64,000 nt of DNA from a virus, in IMG/VR virus record IMGVR_UViG_3300033553_000116, positions 32,001 through 96,000 of that record; one strand, given 5' to 3'. This document shows, piece by piece, positions 46,095 through 55,499 of the stretch. Position numbers and translations under genes: made by a program. The notes under the pieces were generated by a model. It was given only the letters and a program-made list of their open reading frames with translations, was not told the origin of the DNA and made no database searches. Every line of letters begins with the position of its first letter. Positions within the stretch are counted from its first letter, which is position 1.

Positions 46095-46129
46095 CAAGGG
46101 GCCTTAGGGTCCCTTATGCTTTTTTTTTT
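46095..46129 (+). terminator. intrinsic terminator
   Basis: AAGGGGCC-TTAG-GGTCCCTT-ATGC plus T run. Confidence 0.75.
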
Positions 46130-46212
46130 GTTTAATCGCGAAATATCTTATAGACGTTTTGCACGAATCTTTTTTTTTAATCGGAGGATTTTTTAATCAA
46201 AAAATAAAAGAT

Positions 46213-46590
46213 ATGGAAACCATAGAAGAATATAAAGAAAAATTCGATAGCATTATAGATTGTTTAAAAGTAACAAAGAATATAACTCTATATCTAGTCG
46301 AACCGCCTGTGCCAGGTACCCCGTTCAAGTTGATTGGATCCTTTGGATACCACACCGAGAAAGTTAATGGGTATCTCGAACAACACTATATATTAACTAA
46401 CCGATCAAAGTTGATATCAACCAGTACACTAAAAGAGGTACAGCTTTTAATTAAGGTAGGTCAAGCCTTAGAGAAGTATGAGGAGTATGATTATCTAGTA
46501 CAGGATATCAGACTACCAAGAAGTCACGGATTCAAGGGAATCAAAATGTGGTTCAGACAAGCGATGGACATGAATCCTAAGTTTGTATAA
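46213..46590 (+). CDS. hypothetical protein
   Basis: ORF 46159-46590; ATG 46213 is the likely start. Confidence 0.65.
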   Translation: METIEEYKEKFDSIIDCLKVTKNITLYLVEPPVPGTPFKLIGSFGYHTEKVNGYLEQHYILTNRSKLISTSTLKEVQLLIKVGQALEKYEEYDYLVQDIRLPRSHGFKGIKMWFRQAMDMNPKFV

Positions 46591-46600
46591 AAAACAGAAT

Positions 46601-46645
46601 AGAGAGAGTGGCTCGAGCCACTCTCTTCTATGTTTATTTTTTTAT
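46601..46645. terminator. bidirectional terminator
   Basis: AGAGAGTGGC-TCGA-GCCACTCTCT. Confidence 0.85.
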
Positions 46646-47203
46646 TTAAACTGGCCAATCAATAGCTTTAATATTAGCAAAGACATTTGCATCTCTAGGT
46701 AAGTCAGCAATTGCTTTCTTCATATCCCAAGATTGCTGATATACGTCAGATACATAACTACCAGCAGCGAATGTCAGATTTATAGCTTCATCCGGAGTTA
46801 CAAGGTGGTCTATATTTGATTTACCTCGAATAGGAATCACTGGATCAACAACGCCTTGACCTTTTAACTTCTGTGATTTTGCATTGAGTCCCAGTAATAA
46901 AATTTTATCTTTATCTCTAGTTTGAATAATGTCTGGTGTAGTGCCGCCAAAGACCCAGTCCATACCAGCATTTACACGAATATCTCTTTCATAGGATATT
47001 TCTTCGAACTTTTCAGCTACAGCTGTTTTGTAAGCTACCTCACCCAATTCAAAATCCCAATCAATAGCCAGTAAGTCTACTTCAGCGCTACCAACCTCAC
47101 CGTCTATAGTACCTACTACCAATACACCATCTTTAATGGCTCTTGGTGCATATGGGTACAAGTTACCTAATATTAATTTTTTCTGCTCTAATGTAACTGC
47201 CAT
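46646..47203 (-). CDS. tail fibre assembly-like protein (DUF4376-like)
   Basis: ERD.R..G......IQTR..D...L.G...R..N....T...W..K..I...AIDW pattern. Confidence 0.7.
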   Translation of the reverse strand: MAVTLEQKKLILGNLYPYAPRAIKDGVLVVGTIDGEVGSAEVDLLAIDWDFELGEVAYKTAVAEKFEEISYERDIRVNAGMDWVFGGTTPDIIQTRDKDKILLLGLNAKSQKLKGQGVVDPVIPIRGKSNIDHLVTPDEAINLTFAAGSYVSDVYQQSWDMKKAIADLPRDANVFANIKAIDWPV

Positions 47204-47204
47204 A

Positions 47205-47918
47205 CTAAACTCCTAAATACTTAATGCCATTTTTAACTAGAATAAGGTCACCTGGAAAACTATCTGTTTTACCTAATCTAAAAATCCTAGTGGATACAAT
47301 AGCGCCAGGTGTTAAGTTGACATCAGTTACTAGATCAGTATCTAGAGTTTCTACACTATGTAATACAAATGCACTTCCAGCTGCCACTGGGGCAGTTAAA
47401 TAAAGTAATGAACTACCTACAAATGCAGTAGCATTGTCAGCTTTAATAACCGTATATTCAAGACCCCATTTAACATTACCTGCTGTGGCATCTTTTATAG
47501 TCCAGTCAGCAAAAAACTTAATACCGGTTCCAGCAACATAATCATCCGGTATTTTAAAGGTACTCCACACTTCATCTTCTTTATTGGTAACAAATTTTAT
47601 ACCAGCTAGTTTATTAACTATATAGGTAAGTCCTAATTGAGTAGCAGAAGTTGAATCAGTTGCCTGTATCATTTTCCATATTGGTACAGTGCCAAGGCCA
47701 CCAAGTGGATGATAGACTAAATCTAATAGAGCTATAATCTCCTCAATGGTTAATGTATTCTCATCACCTAACTCAATACCACCAGGACTTACACCGTCAT
47801 GTAGATGCAAACTCCCAGTCTCTGAATCTTTTGTTACTTGTCCGTTATATCCAACAAATGCATTATTTAATGCAGTGGATAATTCTTTACTATATACTTG
47901 CCTCTTTACTATTCCCAT
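47205..47918 (-). CDS. short fibre/receptor-binding-like protein with Mtd-N/hyaluronidase-type N-terminus
   Basis: FVGYNGQVTKDSETGSLHLHDGVSPGG; beta-sandwich-like C-terminus; AAGGA SD favours ATG 47918. Confidence 0.65.
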   Translation of the reverse strand: MGIVKRQVYSKELSTALNNAFVGYNGQVTKDSETGSLHLHDGVSPGGIELGDENTLTIEEIIALLDLVYHPLGGLGTVPIWKMIQATDSTSATQLGLTYIVNKLAGIKFVTNKEDEVWSTFKIPDDYVAGTGIKFFADWTIKDATAGNVKWGLEYTVIKADNATAFVGSSLLYLTAPVAAGSAFVLHSVETLDTDLVTDVNLTPGAIVSTRIFRLGKTDSFPGDLILVKNGIKYLGV

Positions 47919-47961
47919 TTTTATATTCCTTGGTGACCGCAATCACAATAAAAAAATCTTA

Positions 47962-47972
47962 TACATAAAATC
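47962..47972 (-). promoter_or_regulatory. putative late promoter (TATG)
   Basis: GATTTTATGTA, identical to the 36074 copy. Confidence 0.5.
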
Positions 47973-48003
47973 AGCTATAATACAATAACTTATAAAAAAC
48001 AAA

Positions 48004-48050
48004 GCATAATACACTGCAGGTTTCCCCGCAGTGTATGGTCTTTTTATTTA
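48004..48050 (-). terminator. terminator after helicase
   Basis: ATACACTGC-AGGTTTCCCC-GCAGTGTAT hairpin. Confidence 0.7.
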
Positions 48051-48064
48051 TTTACTACATCAAA

Positions 48065-49588
48065 TTAACCATCGAACCAATCACCACCACCATCTGCAGT
48101 TGCTTTACCTCCTACAGACTTCATGGAGAGGTCTTCTCCATTAACATCATCTAATACACCACCTACAGGATGGAACGGTAGTACGGTGTATAGATCGGCT
48201 TCATTGGTAATAGATATCTTACGGTGTTTACCACGTTGTATAGCTAAGAATGAACCAACACCCTTTACCTTTTCAATGTGAACGAATAGCTCTAAATCAA
48301 CTTCTTGGTCAATCTGTTTAGATCCATCGTAGTAACCTTTGTTAGCAATCTCTTGTACAAAGTTATCAACCCCCTGACGTACCAACATCTTAGCCTCAGT
48401 AGATAACTGATGTGGTGTAAGGAATGTAATCCCTCTAGGCGCACAGAAGTTACGCATGATTCTAAATAGAGCACGAATCTCAGTACCGGCAGGACCAGCT
48501 GGTAAACCATTACGGTTAACCATGTTTAAGTAATCACAAACCACTGCATGGATTTCATAACCCTCAGCTTCGTATTGTAATAAAATATCTAAGACATCAA
48601 AGTAGCTAGTTTGGTTAGGTTCCAAACGTAACATTTCAATATGGTATCCATTAGCTTCCATGCGTAATTTAATATACGCTGCAGCTTCTTTGATATTTAC
48701 CTCAGCTGGATCTGGAGTAACACCAGTCTCGTTCTCTTTGAGATTAGTATAAAGCCACATGATATTCATCGGTAGCTCATTCTCAAGAGACATTTGAATT
48801 ATCAATGGCTTCTTAGTAGGATCTCTCATATAAGGTTTGTTATATAAAGCAAGGTGTTTGAACATGTTCATCATGAACCCTGTCTTAAAGTTATGCTGTA
48901 GAGCTCCTAGTAGTACAAACTCCCCACGTCTGAATCCTTCACTCTCACCAAGCATTCTATTAATAGCTTGATACCCAGTCTTCAATACACCATCAGCACT
49001 TATCTCATCAATTGAACGACCCATTAATTCTTCGATACCATCTGGGTCATCAAAGTTAATAGTATCTACAATAGATGGATGCTTAGCATCAACCAAGTCA
49101 TGTGTGTATGGTTCTATCTGTGAATATAAATCTCTTACGAAATCACGGAAGTCAGTTTTGCCTGGTTCGAAGTTAGCCTTCTTATAAGCTGCTGACATAA
49201 TGCCACGAACTTCTTCGTTATTTAAATGTTCTCTTAGTCCTTTACGAAATGCAAGAATCTTAGATTTAAGCTCTTGGTCGTCTTCGCTACTAATGGCATC
49301 AGCAACGGCGTTATATAAATATACATTGTCTCTAGTAGCTACTCGAATACGCTGTAGCATTTGTGCCTTATCAACTGGTTGGGCTATATCTTGTGAGATT
49401 AACCATAATGCAATCATTCGTAACGATAATATGACTTCACTACCTGAATGCATCTCTACGCTTGTCTCAGGTATCTTGACTGTCTCTAGTACAGATTTAC
49501 AAAAATCTCTAGAGCCATTATCTTGACCTAATTCGGATTCTAGGTATAACAGAGTGATAATGTTCACTAACAACAAGTTTGAATCCAT
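48065..49588 (-). CDS. dnaB: DnaB-like replicative helicase (phiKZ gp118-like)
   Basis: LKTGYQAINRML, variant Walker A GALQHNFKT, SLEN, CDYL, TPHQLS, QRGKHR. Confidence 0.9.
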   Translation of the reverse strand: MDSNLLLVNIITLLYLESELGQDNGSRDFCKSVLETVKIPETSVEMHSGSEVILSLRMIALWLISQDIAQPVDKAQMLQRIRVATRDNVYLYNAVADAISSEDDQELKSKILAFRKGLREHLNNEEVRGIMSAAYKKANFEPGKTDFRDFVRDLYSQIEPYTHDLVDAKHPSIVDTINFDDPDGIEELMGRSIDEISADGVLKTGYQAINRMLGESEGFRRGEFVLLGALQHNFKTGFMMNMFKHLALYNKPYMRDPTKKPLIIQMSLENELPMNIMWLYTNLKENETGVTPDPAEVNIKEAAAYIKLRMEANGYHIEMLRLEPNQTSYFDVLDILLQYEAEGYEIHAVVCDYLNMVNRNGLPAGPAGTEIRALFRIMRNFCAPRGITFLTPHQLSTEAKMLVRQGVDNFVQEIANKGYYDGSKQIDQEVDLELFVHIEKVKGVGSFLAIQRGKHRKISITNEADLYTVLPFHPVGGVLDDVNGEDLSMKSVGGKATADGGGDWFDG

Positions 49589-49635
49589 TTTTCAAGTTCC
49601 TTTATTTATTTTTTTAGTAGGAGAATACTTTGCAT

Positions 49636-50151
49636 ATGCAAAAAGTAATACTAATACCACAGTGGGTGAAGAAAGCATTGGTAGCCAATGATAAAACATT
49701 AGTCGATGCACTTAACCCAGAAATTATTTCGTCTACATTATCAGACGATGATGTTGGCTTTTACATATTCATTAACGAGAGTATGGATCTTTTAAAGGAC
49801 CTTCTTGGAAATAGTTTCCTAACAGGCCGCACTGTAATGGGATTTTCTGAGGAGCAGCTAGTAATTTTTAAAGACCATGTCTTAAGATATGAAATATTAA
49901 ATTCACAACAGCCTCTAGATGTAATCGAAGCCCTTTTCGGGAACCTATCTGAATATACAGATACTACAAAGATCGATTTAGAAGTTGTTGAGCTAAACGA
50001 AGATACTATAGGCATTATACCTATTTACAATGAAAACAATAATGGTACGAAAGACACCATCAATAAACTGGTAGAGATACTAGATAAGAAAATGATATTT
50101 GCTGACCTTTGTACAACGTCTATCTTTAAGCAATGTCTTACAAATATTTAA
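49636..50151 (+). CDS. conserved hypothetical protein between helicase and capsid genes
   Basis: GGGAG SD; ORF 49630-50151. Confidence 0.7.
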   Translation: MQKVILIPQWVKKALVANDKTLVDALNPEIISSTLSDDDVGFYIFINESMDLLKDLLGNSFLTGRTVMGFSEEQLVIFKDHVLRYEILNSQQPLDVIEALFGNLSEYTDTTKIDLEVVELNEDTIGIIPIYNENNNGTKDTINKLVEILDKKMIFADLCTTSIFKQCLTNI

Positions 50152-50283
50152 AAACTTTAAAATAATGATGAGTAATGTATCATATAGACTTGCGTCTAAA
50201 ATCAATGTTGATACTTTTGGCATTGATGTTTGTTTTAATATTACTTTAAACCCCCACTAACAAGAAATGAAGGACTGAGAAAT

Positions 50284-52479
50284 ATGTCTCTTTTGAAAAT
50301 CAATGGTAATGGCGGATCGCCGCTACAAAATTTAGTAACTATGATCCAGACTGCTGCAACCGAAGGTGGTTCACAGTTTGCGTCTAAGAATGACACAAAG
50401 AACGTTCTTTCACTTGAAAGCTTGTCAGGACACGATCTTGAACAAGTACAGTCAAACGCTACACAAATTACTTCTAGCTTAAAAGAAATCTTTGGTAGTA
50501 TTAGTGCTGGTGTATCTAACCTAGGTATGGAAGAATTAACTAGTACTCAGCTTGAAGCTGGTACATTCGCAGCAATGGCTATGGGCGACGTCGCAACATA
50601 CGCACAAGCCGCATTAGGTAGTAAAGCACCTTCTGGTAAAAACGTTACTGTAATGGGCGCACAAACTTCTGGTATCGCTGGTAGCTTAGACTTCCGTGAT
50701 GATTTCGCTATGGAAGCATTTGATGTTAAAGAATTAACAGCAATGATCCCTTATTCAATCGCGTTCAACATCCAAGCTTCTCGTCAAGATGAGTTTTCTG
50801 AAACCTTCTACCCAACAGTAGTTGTATCTCCTGACATGGGTGGTATGGATGTAACTGTTGAACAAGTAACTGTATTCAACACTGTACAACACAAAACAAG
50901 TGGTGTTCCTACTGACTTCAACCAGCGTAACTTGCTTGAAGCTGTTGGTGATTACACTATCCTTGCTGATGAGTCTACTGCACTTGTACCTTTCGTACAG
51001 CCTGATGATTCTAACTTAACTAACTTCGTTGACGCAGCACTTATTGCTACAACTGACCGTATCATCGCTGGTGTTTCTGTTACAACAGCTCCTTTGAAAG
51101 TTGGTAAGTCAATCGACCTTATTGGTGTATCTAACCATCCTGGTCTTATTGGTAATGGTGTTCTTGATTCTACTGATGCCATTGATAGTCGTTTATTCCT
51201 TGAACAGTTAGTTTTCTCTAACCCGTTTTTAGATGGTACCACTCCTGCAACTGACGTATTCAAGTTTAACGTATCTCGTTTACCACGTAACGCATTCCTT
51301 GATTCTATCGAAGGTGCTGGTCGTGAAATGCAATTGAACTTCCGTTCAGATGCAATCGTATTAAACAAAGCTACATTGGCTGCTGATGGAACAGTTCCTG
51401 CTTCTATCCAAGCTGTTATTGATGCTGACTACACTGTTCGTCTACAGACTAACATTAGTGGTAATGCACATGTTGAATTCGGTACTGTTGAAGTATTCGC
51501 TGGTTCAATCTCTGTTCTTGATATCATCGACGTTGATGGTAACGAAATCTCTAAAACAACTGGTGCTGGTCTTGCGATCGTCAACAGCTTGCTTGAAATC
51601 AAACTAGAAGGTTATGTATTAGGCGCTTCGCGTACTAACAGTAACAGACGTACTAAAGGTCTATTGTTAAACACTAACTTACAGACTGAGCGTTTTGCTA
51701 TTCCTCTTGGTGCTCCGATTTCAGCTCCTAGCCCTATCGGTTCAGATCGTGATACTCGTGACCTTGAGTCATTGATCACTGCTGCACGTATCCGTAACTC
51801 TAACAATGCTGTAACAACATTGTTGAACTACGCTGATGCACTTCGTGTATACGTTTCTAACGCTCGTAAGGGTAATGGTAATGTACAAATTGAAGGTGTT
51901 GCACGACACGTTGTTACTCCGTTCTATCAAGAAGTTGACTTGAACTTAGTAGAAGCTATGAACTCTATTCGATCTAAAGATCGTGCTGAAGATATCTCAT
52001 CAGCGTTGATTAACACAGTAAACGATATTGCTTACCGCATGTACCGTGAGTCTGCGTATCAGCCTGCTCTTGATGCTTCATCAATGGGTGCTAAGAAGCC
52101 TCGTCTTCTAATCGGTACTGATACTGTTCTACAGCGTCACTTAATGATTGGCGGTGATACTCGTACTTTCGGTATGACTTTCAATGATGCTAAGATCGTT
52201 AGTTCATTCGATGCTCGTATGGCTAACACTATTATCGTTACTTTCTCTCGAGATGGTGCTGATGGTACAGCTGATCCACTAAGCTTCGGTAACCACGGTT
52301 GGATTCCTGAGCTAACTACTACAATGTCTGTCACTCGTGATGGTGCAATGTATCAAGAAGCGATGGTTCAACCACGTTCACGCCACGTAAACAACTTACC
52401 AGTAATGGCTAAGATTAATGTTACTGGTCTAGAAGAAGTAATGTCTAAGAAAACTGTAGCTCCTAAACAAGCTGTATAA
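50284..52479 (+). CDS. major capsid protein precursor (phiKZ gp120-like)
   Basis: 731 aa; SLE/GME/AME propeptide sites; QDEFSETFYPT and RTNSNRR.KG motifs; highly biased codons. Confidence 0.93.
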   Translation: MSLLKINGNGGSPLQNLVTMIQTAATEGGSQFASKNDTKNVLSLESLSGHDLEQVQSNATQITSSLKEIFGSISAGVSNLGMEELTSTQLEAGTFAAMAMGDVATYAQAALGSKAPSGKNVTVMGAQTSGIAGSLDFRDDFAMEAFDVKELTAMIPYSIAFNIQASRQDEFSETFYPTVVVSPDMGGMDVTVEQVTVFNTVQHKTSGVPTDFNQRNLLEAVGDYTILADESTALVPFVQPDDSNLTNFVDAALIATTDRIIAGVSVTTAPLKVGKSIDLIGVSNHPGLIGNGVLDSTDAIDSRLFLEQLVFSNPFLDGTTPATDVFKFNVSRLPRNAFLDSIEGAGREMQLNFRSDAIVLNKATLAADGTVPASIQAVIDADYTVRLQTNISGNAHVEFGTVEVFAGSISVLDIIDVDGNEISKTTGAGLAIVNSLLEIKLEGYVLGASRTNSNRRTKGLLLNTNLQTERFAIPLGAPISAPSPIGSDRDTRDLESLITAARIRNSNNAVTTLLNYADALRVYVSNARKGNGNVQIEGVARHVVTPFYQEVDLNLVEAMNSIRSKDRAEDISSALINTVNDIAYRMYRESAYQPALDASSMGAKKPRLLIGTDTVLQRHLMIGGDTRTFGMTFNDAKIVSSFDARMANTIIVTFSRDGADGTADPLSFGNHGWIPELTTTMSVTRDGAMYQEAMVQPRSRHVNNLPVMAKINVTGLEEVMSKKTVAPKQAV

Positions 52480-52518
52480 GTATTAGTCTTTACTCAGTCC
52501 TAAGTGGGACTATTTAAA

Positions 52519-52560
52519 GTGAGGGAAACAGGGCTTCGGCTCTGTTTCCCTTTATGCCGC
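52519..52560 (+). terminator. terminator
   Basis: AGGGAAACAGGGC-TTCG-GCTCTGTTTCCCT-TTATGCCGC. Confidence 0.85.
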
Positions 52561-52586
52561 ATTGATTCTATTGGAAAATATTTCAG

Positions 52587-52598
52587 CACTACATTATT
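52587..52598 (+). promoter_or_regulatory. variant early promoter for the RNAP operon
   Basis: TTTCAGCACTACATTATT resembles the TATTAC motif context. Confidence 0.45.
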
Positions 52599-52640
52599 AA
52601 ATTGATGTAATAAACTAATATATTTAAAGGTGATTTCAAA

Positions 52641-53801
52641 ATGGCCAAAAGACCACCGAAACGATCAATTAAAAGCAGTACGTTATCTAGATATGATAAT
52701 GTCCAGGTCTCAGCCGATATACAAGCCAATGGACGTGATTCATTTGAGGTATATTCAAGATCATTACACGAGAAGGGAAAGTCATCAAGTAGAGAAATTA
52801 TTTACATGAATAGGACCAAGGGTGATATTACTATCGGGGAACGCTGTGGCATAATGCAGACAATTCCTGGATCACCTATGAATACAGAAGGCGTAGTACT
52901 TGTTAAAGTAATTACCAAATGGATGCCCCAACATGTAAATCTATACATGGGTAACGTATCCCATAGTGATTCAGCTGAGGCTGAGGAACTTCTTATAGCT
53001 CATGAAAATAGAGTTGATAACATGGGTAAGGTTGAATTTAGCATTACATACACAATACCTGAGGAGGATATTGATACATCTACAGGTACTTTATATGTTA
53101 GACAGTTAGATATAAATCTATCTAAGGCCTGTGTCCAGTCTACTGCGTATCATCCATATTCAGATAGAGGTGAGCAATTTGCAACTACTGAAGCATTTGC
53201 AAATAGGTTGAGTACGGGGGCAATGGTTTTTGGTGTAACTATAGTAGATTCATCACGTGGTTTTGGGGCTAGATACGTAAACTTAGGTGACCGTGTCTTT
53301 AAAATAACTCCACGTATCAATTTTAATAAACGTGATGGCATTTATATAACTACAGCAGGAGAAGTTAAAAATGGTTCTGATAGAGGTGCACCAATGGACA
53401 CTCTGGTATATTCATTTGAATATGCAAACGAATCACTAAAAAGATTACTCTTTAAGACAATGGATGAAGCCAAGCACTTTGGTAATGCTGAGTTACAGCA
53501 CGAATATGAAATGAAAGAAAAGGATCATGTATTAAAAGAAAGGGATTATGATCTAAAAGAACAAGACTATATTCACCGAATTAATCTTCTAGAACAGAAA
53601 GGACGCTCCGATGTACAGAAACTTGAACTTACAAAAGCTAGCGAAGACGAATCAAGACAAACCGCCACAATAAAGAATAAATTAGATATAACCTCAGCAT
53701 CGGCCAAAAGTCAAAGTGATATGTTTAAAGCTTCTGCAGTTGCAGTGACTACTATTCTTGGTCTAGTAGGTCTGTGGGTTAAATATAAATCCAGTCAGTA
53801 G
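52641..53801 (+). CDS. conserved phiKZ gp122-like protein with coiled-coil and C-terminal TM helix
   Basis: 386 aa; HPYS and R/DGIY motifs; hydrophobic C-terminus. Confidence 0.7.
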   Translation: MAKRPPKRSIKSSTLSRYDNVQVSADIQANGRDSFEVYSRSLHEKGKSSSREIIYMNRTKGDITIGERCGIMQTIPGSPMNTEGVVLVKVITKWMPQHVNLYMGNVSHSDSAEAEELLIAHENRVDNMGKVEFSITYTIPEEDIDTSTGTLYVRQLDINLSKACVQSTAYHPYSDRGEQFATTEAFANRLSTGAMVFGVTIVDSSRGFGARYVNLGDRVFKITPRINFNKRDGIYITTAGEVKNGSDRGAPMDTLVYSFEYANESLKRLLFKTMDEAKHFGNAELQHEYEMKEKDHVLKERDYDLKEQDYIHRINLLEQKGRSDVQKLELTKASEDESRQTATIKNKLDITSASAKSQSDMFKASAVAVTTILGLVGLWVKYKSSQ

Positions 53802-53813
53802 AAAGGGATAACG

Positions 53814-55436
53814 GTGGATAAATTACTCTTCGATTTAGTAAACGATGAAATACCAAAAATGAATAGATCTTTAGTCGATGGATTGGCTGTAAGTGAAATT
53901 AAGTTTGTTGAACAGTATATTGATAATATTGTTCGATGTGCGCAAGAGGTATTTCCAGAGGGATTGACTTATAAAGATTACAGAAGACTAACTCCATTGG
54001 AAGAGTTCCTCAAAGTAACAGAGCCACGTGGTTCTAATAAGTCAATATTTGATGTAGCACGAACAGATGTGTACATGATTTCATTAGAATTTGATTTTAA
54101 GGGAGAGTCTATTTCTAAACCATTATACTTACCGTTCTGTAGGGATGGTGGTGTTATGGCTATTAGGGGTGCAACATTTGCAATATCTCCAGTGATTGCA
54201 GATAAGGGAATTTCGATTACATCTTCCAGTGTATTCATACAAATTCCAAAGTCTAAGATGACATTCAAACGCATTCGTCATCACTTCATGTTAAATGGAC
54301 AACGTCGTAGTCCTAACATTGTTTATTCGTGGTTACACAATCGTAATCGTAAAGCAACCAATGGCGTAGGTAAACCATTGATTAATATGAATACCTGCTT
54401 AGTGCATTATCTATTTGCTAAGTATGGAGTTAAAGAAACATTCAAGCGTTTCTGTGATATCGATATTAAAATCGGTAATGAAGAAATTAATGAAGATACG
54501 TATCCACAAAAGGATTGGGTAATATGTAAGTCTATTGAATTAAAGCCTAAGGGAATTAAGAGTAAGATTTATACCCCAACTACAATAAGAGCAGCTATAC
54601 GTAGTTGTGACTTTGATGCCATTACAGAAAGTATGGTTGGTGGACTATTCTACATTTTGGATCATTTCCCAAATCGAATAGCGGCAGAGTTTATTGATGG
54701 TACGGAACATGAAATCAGAATGTGGCGTGTTTTATTAGGACTGGTCATTGGTGGTATCACTGGTGGTGAGGGTGCTATAAAGAAGGGTATGGATGAGCAC
54801 ATGGATTCACTGGATAGTTATATTGATCCAGCGGCCAAAGCGTTCTTAATGCAAGGTGACATTTATGTTGATGACTTGTACCAGTTACTTAACCACGTAA
54901 TTCAATTATTATCAGGTATGGTAATACAACCCGCTGAAGCAACAGCTAGCTTATATGACAAACAGCTATTAGTTCTAAGATATATTCTCCAAGATATTAA
55001 CGATGGTATCTTTAGAATGTTATTTAGTCTTAAGAACACTGCTGGTAAGAAAGAGTTAAACTTTAATGATGTTAGAAATATCATTAGAAATAGACCGCCA
55101 ACAGATATAGTAGCTAAGATGAATGGACATGGTGAAGTTAACAGTATTTCATCGCCTGGAGACAATAAGTTCTTTAAGGTTACATCTAATGTAATCCTAC
55201 AGACAGATTCAGGATCACCAACAAAGTCTGGTAAAGCAGCTACAGTCGATGCTTCTAAGTTTCTACATGCATCCATTGCGGAAGTGGGTAGTTATATTAC
55301 ATTACCAAAGAGTGAACCTACGGGTAGGTCTCGTATTAATCCATGGCTAAGTTTAAATAGCGATGGGTTTATTGAACGTGACCCTATGAAGAAACAACTT
55401 CTAGATCAAGCTCAGATAAAATTTAACAGAGATTAG
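53814..55436 (+). CDS. non-virion RNA polymerase beta subunit, N-terminal part (phiKZ gp123-like)
   Basis: LYLPF..GG..I.G....ISPV..D, HYLFAKYG, LHASIAEVGS...PTGR.RINP; synteny. Confidence 0.85.
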   Translation: MDKLLFDLVNDEIPKMNRSLVDGLAVSEIKFVEQYIDNIVRCAQEVFPEGLTYKDYRRLTPLEEFLKVTEPRGSNKSIFDVARTDVYMISLEFDFKGESISKPLYLPFCRDGGVMAIRGATFAISPVIADKGISITSSSVFIQIPKSKMTFKRIRHHFMLNGQRRSPNIVYSWLHNRNRKATNGVGKPLINMNTCLVHYLFAKYGVKETFKRFCDIDIKIGNEEINEDTYPQKDWVICKSIELKPKGIKSKIYTPTTIRAAIRSCDFDAITESMVGGLFYILDHFPNRIAAEFIDGTEHEIRMWRVLLGLVIGGITGGEGAIKKGMDEHMDSLDSYIDPAAKAFLMQGDIYVDDLYQLLNHVIQLLSGMVIQPAEATASLYDKQLLVLRYILQDINDGIFRMLFSLKNTAGKKELNFNDVRNIIRNRPPTDIVAKMNGHGEVNSISSPGDNKFFKVTSNVILQTDSGSPTKSGKAATVDASKFLHASIAEVGSYITLPKSEPTGRSRINPWLSLNSDGFIERDPMKKQLLDQAQIKFNRD

Positions 55437-55474
55437 CATAAAGCCCTCCTCGTTTCGGAGGAGGGTAATATGCC
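55436..55474 (+). terminator. hairpin/terminator
   Basis: GCATAAAG-CCCTCCTC-GTTTCG-GAGGAGGG-TAATATGC. Confidence 0.7.
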
Positions 55475-55499
55475 TTAAATAATAAAAAGGAACTAGGCC

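Noticed and set aside
47205-47942. Diversity-generating retroelement target
   Set aside because: Only the Mtd N-terminal-like motif is present; no reverse transcriptase or TR/VR pair is seen.
36966-55436. Introns or inteins in nrdA, dnaB or the RNAP subunit
   Set aside because: ORFs are continuous with expected lengths and show no intein or intron motifs.
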